Under the pieces are notes generated by a model that was not told the DNA's origin, did no database searches, and saw only the letters and a list, made by a program, of their open reading frames with translations. Positions 55,153 to 64,000 of a stretch of DNA of 64,000 nt are shown one piece after another. Source of the stretch: Opitutales bacterium (lineage in GTDB: Bacteria > Verrucomicrobiota > Verrucomicrobiia > Opitutales > UBA2987); contig CBDDEL010000017.1 of assembly GCA_965226885.1 (NCBI GenBank), positions 672,001-736,000 of the forward strand. Reading direction: 5' to 3'. The position numbers and the translations under genes are program-made. Each line of letters starts with the position of its first letter. Position 1 is the first letter of the stretch.

Positions 55153-57039
55153 ATGAAACAACAGAATAGGGATTCCAACAGCACGTCCTTAGCCGACCAG
55201 CGACTCGCCGAAGGCAAGCGGCAGACGGAAACTCTGCCGGATAAGCGACATATCAGCTACGGAAGCGAGATTCCCAGCCTCCACTACGCAGATCAACCCT
55301 ACATTGTGAAGACAAATGACGGTGCTTGGCTATGCGTCATGACCACGGGATCGGGAAAAGAAGGAGAGCAAGGCCAACACGTGATCTCTTTGCGAAGCAT
55401 GGACTGCGGGAAGACCTGGGAAGATCCCGTACCCATGGAGCCGCCCGGCGGGCCAGAAGCCTCCTGGGCCGTTGCTCTCACCGCGCCTTCCGGCCGCATC
55501 TATGCCTTCTATATCCACAACACAGATAACAGACGCGAATTGAAGGCGGATAACCCGCCCTATTCGAGCGGTTACACCCAACGTATGGATTCATTTGGGT
55601 ATTATGTTCTCAAATACAGTGACGATCATGGCCGCAGTTGGTCCGACAAGCGCTATACCATTCCGGTCCGTGAATTTGAGATCGATCGCAAAAATGTATA
55701 CCAGGGCAAAATCCGGTTTTTCTGGAACGTGGGTCGGCCATTCACTTTTGAGGGAACAGCGTTTCTTCCCATTCATAAAGTAGGAGGCTTTGGAGAGGGG
55801 TGGTTCACAGCGTCCGAAGGCGCTCTTCTGGCGAGCCAAAACCTTCTTCTCGCCGACGATCCCGACAAGATCGAGTGGGAGACCCTGCCCGATGGCGAGG
55901 TCGGTCTGCAGGCGCCACCGGGAGGCGGGCCCATTGCCGAAGAACAGAGTTTCACGGTTCTAAGCGATGGAACCCTATATTGCGTCTACCGTACCATCGA
56001 GGGGTATTCCGTCTGCACCTACAGTTACGATGGGGGCCATACCTGGACCGAGCCTGAGTACACAACCTATGCCGACGGCCGGCGGATGAAGCATCCCCGC
56101 GCCGCTAATTTCGCCTGGCGGTGCCAGAACGGTAAGTTCCTATACTGGTTTCATAATCACGGCGGGCGGCAGATTCGCGAACATCCACAACGGAGGACCA
56201 TCTCCTACCAGGATCGCAATCCGGTATGGCTCAGCGGTGGCACTGAAACCGCCACTCCGGAAGGGAAACGGATCCAGTGGTCGCAACCGGAAATCGTCCT
56301 CTATGAGGATGACCCCTACATCCGAATCAGCTATCCCGACCTCATCGAGGAGAAGGGCTGCTATTATCTCAGCGAAACGCAAAAGTTTATCGCCCGGGTG
56401 CACGAGGTCGATCCTGTGCTTCTTCAAGGGATGTGGAATTCATTCGAGGCCAAAGGAATCGCCGAAGAAGGCCTTATCCTGAATCTGTCCGAGGAGTCCG
56501 GAATAAAAACGGCTGGGATACCTGCCCCGGAACTCCCACATTTCAATGAGCGCGATAACACTGGCCACGGTTACGGGACGCGCGACCTGCGTCAGGGATT
56601 CACACTCGACGTGTCGTTCGCGTTGGAATTCCTTGATCCCGGGCAAGTCCTGATCGAAAACCACCGCGACGACGGCAAAGGCCTCTGCCTGCAGACGACA
56701 AATAATGGTACCATCGAGATCGTCCTCAACGATGGGCGAACCGAAAACCGATGGGACTGCGATCCCGATTGTTTGGAGGCGGAAAAAAGCCATCACCTAA
56801 CAGTCATCGTTGACGGTGGTCCGAAGATCATCTCCTTTGTCGTAGACGGCAAGTTCTGTGATGGTGGTGAATACCGACAGTTCGGATGGGGTCGATTCAG
56901 CCCGCATCTGAGAGAGGCCAACGGTGGTGATACGTTACGCATCGGCGAAAATGTGAAAGGCGCGATTCACTCATTACGCATCTATACCCGCGCCCTACGC
57001 ACCGCCGAGGCAGTTAGCAATTTCAACGTCAACCGATGA
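55153..57039 (+). CDS. BNR/Asp-box (sialidase-like) propeller with C-terminal LamG-like domain
   Basis: SMDCGKTW, SDDHGRSW, SYDGGHTW, ISYPD; C-terminal HLTVIVDG...LRIYTRAL. Confidence 0.85.
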   Translation: MKQQNRDSNSTSLADQRLAEGKRQTETLPDKRHISYGSEIPSLHYADQPYIVKTNDGAWLCVMTTGSGKEGEQGQHVISLRSMDCGKTWEDPVPMEPPGGPEASWAVALTAPSGRIYAFYIHNTDNRRELKADNPPYSSGYTQRMDSFGYYVLKYSDDHGRSWSDKRYTIPVREFEIDRKNVYQGKIRFFWNVGRPFTFEGTAFLPIHKVGGFGEGWFTASEGALLASQNLLLADDPDKIEWETLPDGEVGLQAPPGGGPIAEEQSFTVLSDGTLYCVYRTIEGYSVCTYSYDGGHTWTEPEYTTYADGRRMKHPRAANFAWRCQNGKFLYWFHNHGGRQIREHPQRRTISYQDRNPVWLSGGTETATPEGKRIQWSQPEIVLYEDDPYIRISYPDLIEEKGCYYLSETQKFIARVHEVDPVLLQGMWNSFEAKGIAEEGLILNLSEESGIKTAGIPAPELPHFNERDNTGHGYGTRDLRQGFTLDVSFALEFLDPGQVLIENHRDDGKGLCLQTTNNGTIEIVLNDGRTENRWDCDPDCLEAEKSHHLTVIVDGGPKIISFVVDGKFCDGGEYRQFGWGRFSPHLREANGGDTLRIGENVKGAIHSLRIYTRALRTAEAVSNFNVNR

Positions 57040-57176
57040 GGATGTCTGAAATTTGCAACTGTCTGTCTGGATTCTGAACGGCTTTAGCCTTTTCTTTAAT
57101 CTAATTGGAGGTACCTTCAATAACTATGACAGTTTCTACCAAACGTTCATCTCCGACAACAAGGAGATCATAACTA

Positions 57177-57474
57177 GAGGCTGTCCCAAAGTTATAACCA
57201 TTTGTTTTACAGTAAGTTAACTTGTTAGTAAAGCTGTCATAAAGACCGTTTTTAGGGGATTTTGGGCAATTTCGATGTCTATAACACCGTCAGCCTTTCT
57301 CTTGTTTTGCATATTCAAATACAATTCTACCATAGACCTCTGTCTGACGCGATTATATTTATAACGAATAGAGGCCTTATACAGCGTTTTTGACGGAATT
57401 GAATGACTTACGTTCCCTTACAGTTCGGAGTCGAATATCTCAATTCGCAAAATTCGGGTTTTTGGGACAGCCTC
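57177..57474. mobile_element. 298-bp MITE, copy 1
   Basis: GAGGCTGTCCCAAA IRs shared with the ISNCY-like IS; no ORF; TAACTA on both sides. Confidence 0.9.
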
Positions 57475-57480
57475 TAACTA

Positions 57481-59304
57481 GAGGCTGTCCCAAAAATATA
57501 AAGATTTTGTAGTCAACTGGATGACGTTTATAAAAATAGCCAGAAAGAGCATTTTTTTGCTCGATCCGGCTAAAAAAGGGTTCTATAATTGCGTTAGCGA
57601 AAATCAATATAGCCCTTTCTATGAAAAATATAGCCATCCAATGCCTCCTGCGTCCAGCTTTAACTGTGGTCGACCGTTGCCTCGATTACGATAACTTTCG
57701 CGCCACCATCGAGCGTATCGACCGGCTGCTGATCGATTCGGAGGTGGAATCGCAGGGCGTTGATCTGGCCTTGGAAAGAGGCCAGCCAATGAGTGTAAAG
57801 GCCCGGCAAAAGCGGGCTAATTTTGCCCTCAAGGCGTTGCGTATGGAAACGCTGCGTTATCTGCTCGGTGGGATTTCGTTTCGGCATTTGTCGAGGGCTC
57901 TGGGCAGCAGCGATCTGTTGGCTGACTTTTGTCGTGTCCGCCATATCGACGGCATAAGGGGCATCTCCAAGAGCACCCTGGAACGGGCCTCGAAGTTTTT
58001 CAGCGAAAAGCAGTTGAGGGCCTTGCACCGGACCTTGACTGAGGTTGTGGGCGATGCCGATCTGGCCCGGCAGGTGGTGGGATTGGACAAGCCGATAGAC
58101 ACCACCATTTGCCTGATCGACGGCACCTGTTTGGAGGTCAACATTCATTGGCCGACGGACTGGGTGCTGCTCAAGGATGTAGCGGGCACGCTGCTCAAAG
58201 CGATCCGGCTGATCCGTGAGAAGGCCGGTTTGCGCCATCGCATGCCGATCGAACCGGAGCCCTTGGCTCGGCAGATGAATCGGCTGTGCATACAGATGAC
58301 CCACAGCCGGCGGCGAAAGGACAGCGCGCGGCAACGCAAGGGTATCTTGAGGCAGATGAAAAAGCTGCTCAAACGGATCGGGGAGCATGCCCGCAGTCAC
58401 CGGGAATTATTGCAAGCCTGCTGGGAGCAAAGCGATTACAGCGAAAAACAGGTCCAACAGATCCTTACCCGGATGGAGCGCATGAGCGAGCTAATCCCGG
58501 TGGTCATCAAGCAAGCGCACGAGCGAATCATTGGCGGCCGCCAGGTGAAAAACGCAGAGAAAGTTTTGAGTGTTTACGAACCCGATGCGCAGGTGATTGT
58601 GCGAGGCAAAGCGGGCCAAGAGGTTGAGTTTGGCAACACCCTGTTTTTGGGTGAAAGCGTTGAAGGATACCTGCTGGACTGGAAACTCTACGGCAGCCGG
58701 ACGCCAAGCGAAAATGAACAAATGCAAGAGAGTTTGCAAAGACAGAACCGCTTCAACCTAGCCGAACCCATAGCGGCCATGTGCGCGGACCGGGGATTCG
58801 CCTCCCAGCGGGCCCGCCGGCAGTTAGCCCAGGAGGGCATCTACGATGCGCTCTGTCCACGCGATCCGAAGCAGTTGAAAAAACGGATGGAGGAACCACA
58901 CTTCAGGCAATTGCAAAAGCGCCGGGCCAGCACCGAAGGGCGGATCGGGGTATTGAAGAATCGCTGGCAGGCCGGGCGATTGCGCAGCAAAGGCTTTGCC
59001 AACCGCTCGATCAGCGTAGCCTGGTCGGTCCTCTCGCACAATCTATGGAAAGTGGCCAAGATGCTGGCCCAGCAAGATGAACTAAAAACCAAAGCGGCGG
59101 CCTAAATAAAGAGCGGAAAAGCAAGGACAATACTTTTTCACAGGCCTACTGTCGGCCCATACAAAGAAAACCAGGCAAACGGACCCCAAAACCAGAATCC
59201 TAACGTCATAGGAGAGCAAAGTCACCCCCTCCCAAAAGAAAATACCACTAAAATGAACACTCTTCAAAAAACACTCGCAAAAATCACCCTTTTGGGACAG
59301 CCTC
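57481..59304 (+). mobile_element. ISNCY/IS5-like element, copy 2
   Basis: Near-identical to 49663-51486; TSD TAACTA. Confidence 0.92.
57621..59105 (+). CDS. DDE transposase (ISNCY/IS5-like)
   Basis: Two amino-acid differences from 49803-51287. Confidence 0.9.
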   Translation: MKNIAIQCLLRPALTVVDRCLDYDNFRATIERIDRLLIDSEVESQGVDLALERGQPMSVKARQKRANFALKALRMETLRYLLGGISFRHLSRALGSSDLLADFCRVRHIDGIRGISKSTLERASKFFSEKQLRALHRTLTEVVGDADLARQVVGLDKPIDTTICLIDGTCLEVNIHWPTDWVLLKDVAGTLLKAIRLIREKAGLRHRMPIEPEPLARQMNRLCIQMTHSRRRKDSARQRKGILRQMKKLLKRIGEHARSHRELLQACWEQSDYSEKQVQQILTRMERMSELIPVVIKQAHERIIGGRQVKNAEKVLSVYEPDAQVIVRGKAGQEVEFGNTLFLGESVEGYLLDWKLYGSRTPSENEQMQESLQRQNRFNLAEPIAAMCADRGFASQRARRQLAQEGIYDALCPRDPKQLKKRMEEPHFRQLQKRRASTEGRIGVLKNRWQAGRLRSKGFANRSISVAWSVLSHNLWKVAKMLAQQDELKTKAAA

Positions 59305-59310
59305 TAACTA

Positions 59311-60597
59311 ATGTCTACATTTCGAGCCAGTACCCAAGAAGGCCCGCTCCCCTACGCGGAGGAGTGGCGCAGAACATGCCCGGACTATGTGGTGTATCAT
59401 CCGGCTCCGGACGGAAATCCACGATGGGACGATGAGGATTTCACGGTTCTCAACGAACAGACAATTATTGTCGCTACAAAAAACGGGGATCTGCTTGCTA
59501 CGTGGACCGGACACGGGCCATTCAAGTCATGGATTCTTAGACTATTTTCCAGCCGAAGCAATGACGGTGGCAAAAGCTGGACCCAACCTATGCTAATTGC
59601 TGGCAGCAAGGGAGACAGAGCGGGATGGCAAGTGCCCGTAATCATCCCGTCGGGTCGCATTTACCTTTTTTACTGTAAATATGTACCGGCGCCCAGTACC
59701 CGCATGGCCCACTTGGCCTGCCGGGTTTCAGACGACGACGGACGCAGCTGGGGCTCCGAAGTGCTACTACCGATGAAACGACGATCGATAGACCATCCCG
59801 ATCCCAATATACCGGTCGCCTGGCTTGGCTGGCGGCAGGTCGAATGGGACGCCCAAGGGCGGGCACTCTTTCCCTTTACCCGGTTCGACAGCAAACTAGC
59901 TTCCGAGGAAAGGCCTAAAGAATGGTGCCAGAGCGAGGTTATCCGATTTGAGAATATCGCCGAAGGCCCTGATCCGTCAGACTTGCAGATAACTTGGCTT
60001 CCCGAAGGTAAAGGCGAGGCTCTGACTGTACCTTCCAATATGCCCGGGTTGAAATGGGCGAACGAGTCGAATCCGATTCCGCTTCCAGACGGTCGTATAT
60101 TTATCTCTCTCCGCACACGCCTTGGGCAAGTGTGGTATAGTGTTAGCGATGATGATGGAGCAACTTTCAGGCAACCAGAAGTGATGCGCGACCAAGATGG
60201 AGGGGCTCCTATTCTAAACCCCTCCGATAACGCACCTCTATACAGGCTATCCGATGGAAGATATCTTTTGTTTTACCATGATAACGATGGGAATGCCTTC
60301 AATACGATAGATGTCCACGACACCCGAAACAGGCGACCATGCTACGTGTCGGTGGGCGCGTTTCGCCCCGAAGCGCATCAACCGATTTGGTGGAGTAAGC
60401 CGAAACTTTTTATCGACATCGACGACGTGCCTATTGATGTCGGCTTTTCCGTTCCCCGCTACGAGGCGATTGACTACTGCGGATTCACGGAGATCAACGG
60501 CGAAGCTGTTCTGTGGTATCCTGATCGAAAGCACTTCATTCTTGGGAAGCGAATCAGCGAGGCGTTTCTTTCCGACATGCACCCTTCTGAGCCTTAG
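59311..60597 (+). CDS. BNR/Asp-box sialidase-like protein
   Basis: SNDGGKSW, SDDDGRSW, SDDDGATF Asp-boxes. Confidence 0.85.
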   Translation: MSTFRASTQEGPLPYAEEWRRTCPDYVVYHPAPDGNPRWDDEDFTVLNEQTIIVATKNGDLLATWTGHGPFKSWILRLFSSRSNDGGKSWTQPMLIAGSKGDRAGWQVPVIIPSGRIYLFYCKYVPAPSTRMAHLACRVSDDDGRSWGSEVLLPMKRRSIDHPDPNIPVAWLGWRQVEWDAQGRALFPFTRFDSKLASEERPKEWCQSEVIRFENIAEGPDPSDLQITWLPEGKGEALTVPSNMPGLKWANESNPIPLPDGRIFISLRTRLGQVWYSVSDDDGATFRQPEVMRDQDGGAPILNPSDNAPLYRLSDGRYLLFYHDNDGNAFNTIDVHDTRNRRPCYVSVGAFRPEAHQPIWWSKPKLFIDIDDVPIDVGFSVPRYEAIDYCGFTEINGEAVLWYPDRKHFILGKRISEAFLSDMHPSEP

Positions 60598-60605
60598 GCT
60601 AAGGA

Positions 60606-62612
60606 GTGAGGACCCCGAAGAAAGATAACCAACAAAATAGTAAAGCTTGGGAGCTGGATAAGCAAATGCCGGAACGAGGGCCCATTCTGCGGTATTATGT
60701 TCCCCCTGAAACGCGTGAGGAGCACCTTGCAGAATGTATGGCCACCTGCAAAGCCTGTGGATTTAAGGAAGTGTCGCTCTTTACGACACTTTATAACGCC
60801 TGGTATCTTGAAGAAACTCAATTCGAAAGGCAATTGATGCCCCATCTTCAGTCCTGCGCAGAAGCCATCCGCGCTGCGGGATTGATCTTCACTCTAAACG
60901 TTTTTCACACCTTGGGGCATGTGCGTGTGCCGCAAGAAATCGTAGAGAGGTTTGGATTTGAGCGACAGATTACCATGGATGGCAAATGGGCCGTGCATCC
61001 GGTGCTGGACCCACGTTGTTCCAAATTGCGCCGGCACCTGAGACGGGTCTATGCCCGTTATGCCTCACTACAGCCGAGGCTGATGTTCTTGGATGACGAT
61101 TTTCATGTGAAGCTTGAAACTGCGTTTCATTCTGGTCGGGTGGAGGAAGCTGCCCAGCAGTTGGGCTGTGCGCCGACACGCGAAGCGGTGGTGAGTTTGG
61201 TTCAAAGCAGTGATCCGGAAAAATCTAATCGAGCCTGTCAGATCATGCTGGACCTGGCAACACGGGACCTGGAGGATTTCGCAAAGGTCATACAGGAAGC
61301 GGTGCATGCCGTTGCACCGCGGACGCGGCTTGGATTGATGTTTCCTGATAGTGTGGTCATTGACGTGGGGCGGGTAGCACGGGCCCTGGCGGGTCCGCAT
61401 CAGCCCTTCGTTCGCCCGCAGGTTACGTTATATCGGGAGGAAAAGGCCTTGTATGATTACCCTGCGGCCTTTTGGTCGGTGACCAAGTGGAAAGCAAGGC
61501 TGGGGGAAGACTTTGAGTTTTATCCGGAATGTGAGAACTGCCCCTATAATGATTGCAGCAAGTCAGGGCCGGCCGTATATGCACATCTGGCGACCATTTT
61601 CGCGCGAGGAGAAAGTGCTCCGGCAACCAGTCTGAATAGTAATAATTACGGGGAAATTCCCGCGGGGGAATCCCGACGAATAGTGCACTATGTGGCTCAA
61701 AGAAAAAATCAGATCCAACAGATCGCTCGACTGCTGGATGGCACGACGCAACCTGCCGGCATTGGAGTCTGGTCCAGGCAAAACATAAATCTGGAATTAC
61801 TGGGTTTGCCTTTCGATGCGACACGAAATGTGCAGGATGCGGTGATTCATTTCGGCAATGCGCTTTCGGGGTGCTCCGATGAACAGGTACACCAAGTGGT
61901 AGACCGAGGCGGCGTGTTTGATGTGGACTCGCTGCGAATACTGGAGGAAAGAAATCTCCTTTCATCGCTGGGTTGTGAAATGGGTCCTGCGTGCAATCTA
62001 TACGACCTTGGCGGTATTCATTTTGATCGCATGGATCAACTCGGGCAAAAGGTTTGGGACCTGTATTATTTTATCCGTGCCCTTCCGGTATCCGGCTGTC
62101 CTGTTTCCATTGAAATCTCTAACGCTGAGATTCGAAACTGGATTCACGGGGTTTCCGGCAAACCACTGGTGCCTTTGTCGTTAAAATGGACATCCCCGAA
62201 CGGAGGGCGTTTTGCCTTTATCAATTTTTCCTACCGGTTGTGGCCGATCTATTCCTGGCTGCACCCTTGGTTTCCGCCGTTATTGAGTGACCTGATTAGC
62301 TGGGTGAGTGGGAAGCCGCTTCCCGTCCAAGTTGAACAGCGGGCCCGAGTTGCTGTTCAGATATGTCGACTTCCCGACAAAAACGCTGCTTTGATTACTG
62401 TTATCAATTACAGCACTGGGCCCTACGAGGATGTTCCCTTACAACTGGGGCCGGAATTTGCAACCTCGGCGTTTTGTGAAATCAAAGCTGACGGCTCCGA
62501 ACGTTCACTTACAGCGGAAGTCACCGCTGACAAGGTTATGTTGCATATCCCTGGTCCCGTTCCTTGCCTGGATGTGCGCTTTGTTGTTGCCCAAAAACGG
62601 AAGACTCGATGA
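60606..62612 (+). CDS. Hypothetical protein, possibly a TIM-barrel glycoside hydrolase
   Basis: Long ORF in the operon; TLGH..., LDPRC, LMFLDDDF pattern; start and family uncertain. Confidence 0.6.
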   Translation: MRTPKKDNQQNSKAWELDKQMPERGPILRYYVPPETREEHLAECMATCKACGFKEVSLFTTLYNAWYLEETQFERQLMPHLQSCAEAIRAAGLIFTLNVFHTLGHVRVPQEIVERFGFERQITMDGKWAVHPVLDPRCSKLRRHLRRVYARYASLQPRLMFLDDDFHVKLETAFHSGRVEEAAQQLGCAPTREAVVSLVQSSDPEKSNRACQIMLDLATRDLEDFAKVIQEAVHAVAPRTRLGLMFPDSVVIDVGRVARALAGPHQPFVRPQVTLYREEKALYDYPAAFWSVTKWKARLGEDFEFYPECENCPYNDCSKSGPAVYAHLATIFARGESAPATSLNSNNYGEIPAGESRRIVHYVAQRKNQIQQIARLLDGTTQPAGIGVWSRQNINLELLGLPFDATRNVQDAVIHFGNALSGCSDEQVHQVVDRGGVFDVDSLRILEERNLLSSLGCEMGPACNLYDLGGIHFDRMDQLGQKVWDLYYFIRALPVSGCPVSIEISNAEIRNWIHGVSGKPLVPLSLKWTSPNGGRFAFINFSYRLWPIYSWLHPWFPPLLSDLISWVSGKPLPVQVEQRARVAVQICRLPDKNAALITVINYSTGPYEDVPLQLGPEFATSAFCEIKADGSERSLTAEVTADKVMLHIPGPVPCLDVRFVVAQKRKTR

Positions 62613-63424
62613 AAGGATAATTATAACCACCTTCCCGGTCGGCTCCGCCGCCAAAAAGCAATTTCCGATCAGTTTGGCTCAAAAAGCTCAGGCCATCCAC
62701 ATTGACCACGAAATGAACCCAATCTTTCGGCTCAAAACTCAAGGGAGCGCTGGAGACGAATATACATCTATCGGTTTCATCAATTAACTGTGCTTCTACT
62801 TTAGAGGCTGTCCCAAAAACCCGAATTTTGCGAATTGAGATATTTGACTCCGAACTGTAAGGGAACGTAAGTCATTCAATTCCGTCAAAAACGCTGTATA
62901 AGGCCTCTTTTCGTTATAAATATAATCGCGTCAGACAGAGGTCTATGGTAGAATTGTATTTGAATATGCAAAACAAGAGAAAGGCTGACGGTGTTATAGA
63001 CATCGAATTTGCCCAAAATCCCCTAAAAACGGTCTTTATGACAGCTTTATAAACAAGTTAACTTACTGTAAAACAAATGGTTATAACTTTGGTACAGCCT
63101 CTACTTTACCTTCGTTCCCAAGACCAATCCAGACGCCTTGGCCTTTTTCGTTTCTGAGGTCAATGATGGTTTGACCGGCTTCCAATCCATCAAATGCGAC
63201 CTGTGCTTCAATGGCAAATGATCCTCCATCCTTCAATTTCTTGAACCGTTTGAAGGTTTCACCCAATTCAACCTTCAAGGGCGCGTTGGTATCATCGAAG
63301 AGTATGTATCGCGATTCTTCATTGATGAATGCAGCCACAGAACCGTCCTGACTCTTGATGAGGGTGGCTCCGGTTATGGCTTGATCGATGTCTTCAATGA
63401 CATCGCTTGATCGATGCACACCTA
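62536..63424 (-). pseudogene. Remnant LamG-like domain paralogous to the C-terminus of 55153-57039, split by the MITE and cut by the IS
   Basis: GSFAIEAQVAFDGLEAGQTIIDLRNEKGQGVWIGLGNEGKVE|AQLIDE...WVHFVVNVDG is in frame after MITE removal. Confidence 0.65.
62804..63101. mobile_element. 298-bp MITE, copy 2 (inverted relative to copy 1)
   Basis: About 6 differences from copy 1; 7-bp TSD TACTTTA (62797-62803, 63102-63108). Confidence 0.9.
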
Positions 63425-64000
63425 GAGGCTGTCCCAAAAGGGTGATTTTTGCGAGGGGATTTTGAAGAGTGTTCATTTTAGTGGTATTTTCTTTTGGGAG
63501 GGGGTGACTTTGCTCTCCTATGACGTTAGGATTCTGGTTTTGGGGTCCGTTTGCCTGGTTTTCTTTGTATGGGCCGACAGTAGGCCTGTGAAAAAGTATT
63601 GTCCTTGCTTTTCCGCTCTTTATTTAGGCCGCCGCTTTGGTTTTTAGTTCATCTTGCTGGGCCAGCATCTTGGCCACTTTCCATAGATTGTGCGAGAGGA
63701 CCGACCAGGCTACGCTGATCGAGCGCCCGGCCTGCCAGCGATTCTTCAATACCCCGATCCGCCCTTCGGTGCTGGCCCGACGCTTTTGCAATTGCCTGAA
63801 GTGTGGTTCCTTCATCCGTTTTTTCAACTGCTTCGGATCGCGTGGACAGAGCGCATCGTAGATGCCCTCCTGGGCTAACTGCCGGCGGGCCCGCTGGGAG
63901 GCGAATCCCCGGTCCGCGCACATGGCCGCTATGGGTTCGGCTAGGTTGAAGCGGTTCTGTCTTTGCAAACTCTCTTGCATTTGTTCATTTTCGCTTGGCG
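63425..64000 (-). mobile_element. ISNCY/IS5-like element, copy 3 (partial, runs off the window), with a 27-bp in-frame deletion
   Basis: IRR at 63425; transposase stop at 63624; WQAGR-SISV lacks LRSKGFANR. Confidence 0.9.

Noticed and set aside
57177..63101. MITE-bounded unit having arrived as a single insertion
   Set aside because: Each MITE has its own distinct TSD, so they inserted independently

Overview
Bacterial DNA, probably Verrucomicrobiota/Opitutae-like (inferred from the style of the TonB receptor, the giant-protein C-terminus and the ccs cluster; not proven). 1-20.8 kb is mostly core-type genes: PIG-L/LmbE deacetylase, small membrane protein plus Na+/solute symporter, tatD, trxB, a system II cytochrome c maturation cluster, recD2 and mlaEFD-pqiC. 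One IS630 and one IS21 insertion interrupt genes there. A 3' fragment of tRNA-Thr(UGU) at 20821-20868 looks like the att junction of a genomic island extending rightward. The island holds a shattered giant (at least ~4,800 aa) surface-protein gene with internalin-type LRRs, three delta-60 repeat modules and a putative C-terminal sorting domain. It also holds a decaying glycan-catabolic locus (TonB receptor, aldolases, sulfatase, BNR sialidase-like proteins). About 14 mobile elements from IS630, IS21, IS1380 (two types), IS3, IS4 and ISNCY/IS5-like families plus a 298-bp MITE cover roughly 20 kb (~31%). Most notable: the MITE and its likely autonomous partner target TA-N2-3-TA and are stacked at one site with a triple TAACTA duplication; an IS1380 is joined head-to-tail at its own stop codon; perfect 9-17 bp micro-duplications recur; and a TGATATATCA palindrome lies upstream of both the TonB receptor and the sulfatase operon. 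All calls come from reading the sequence; no searches were run.
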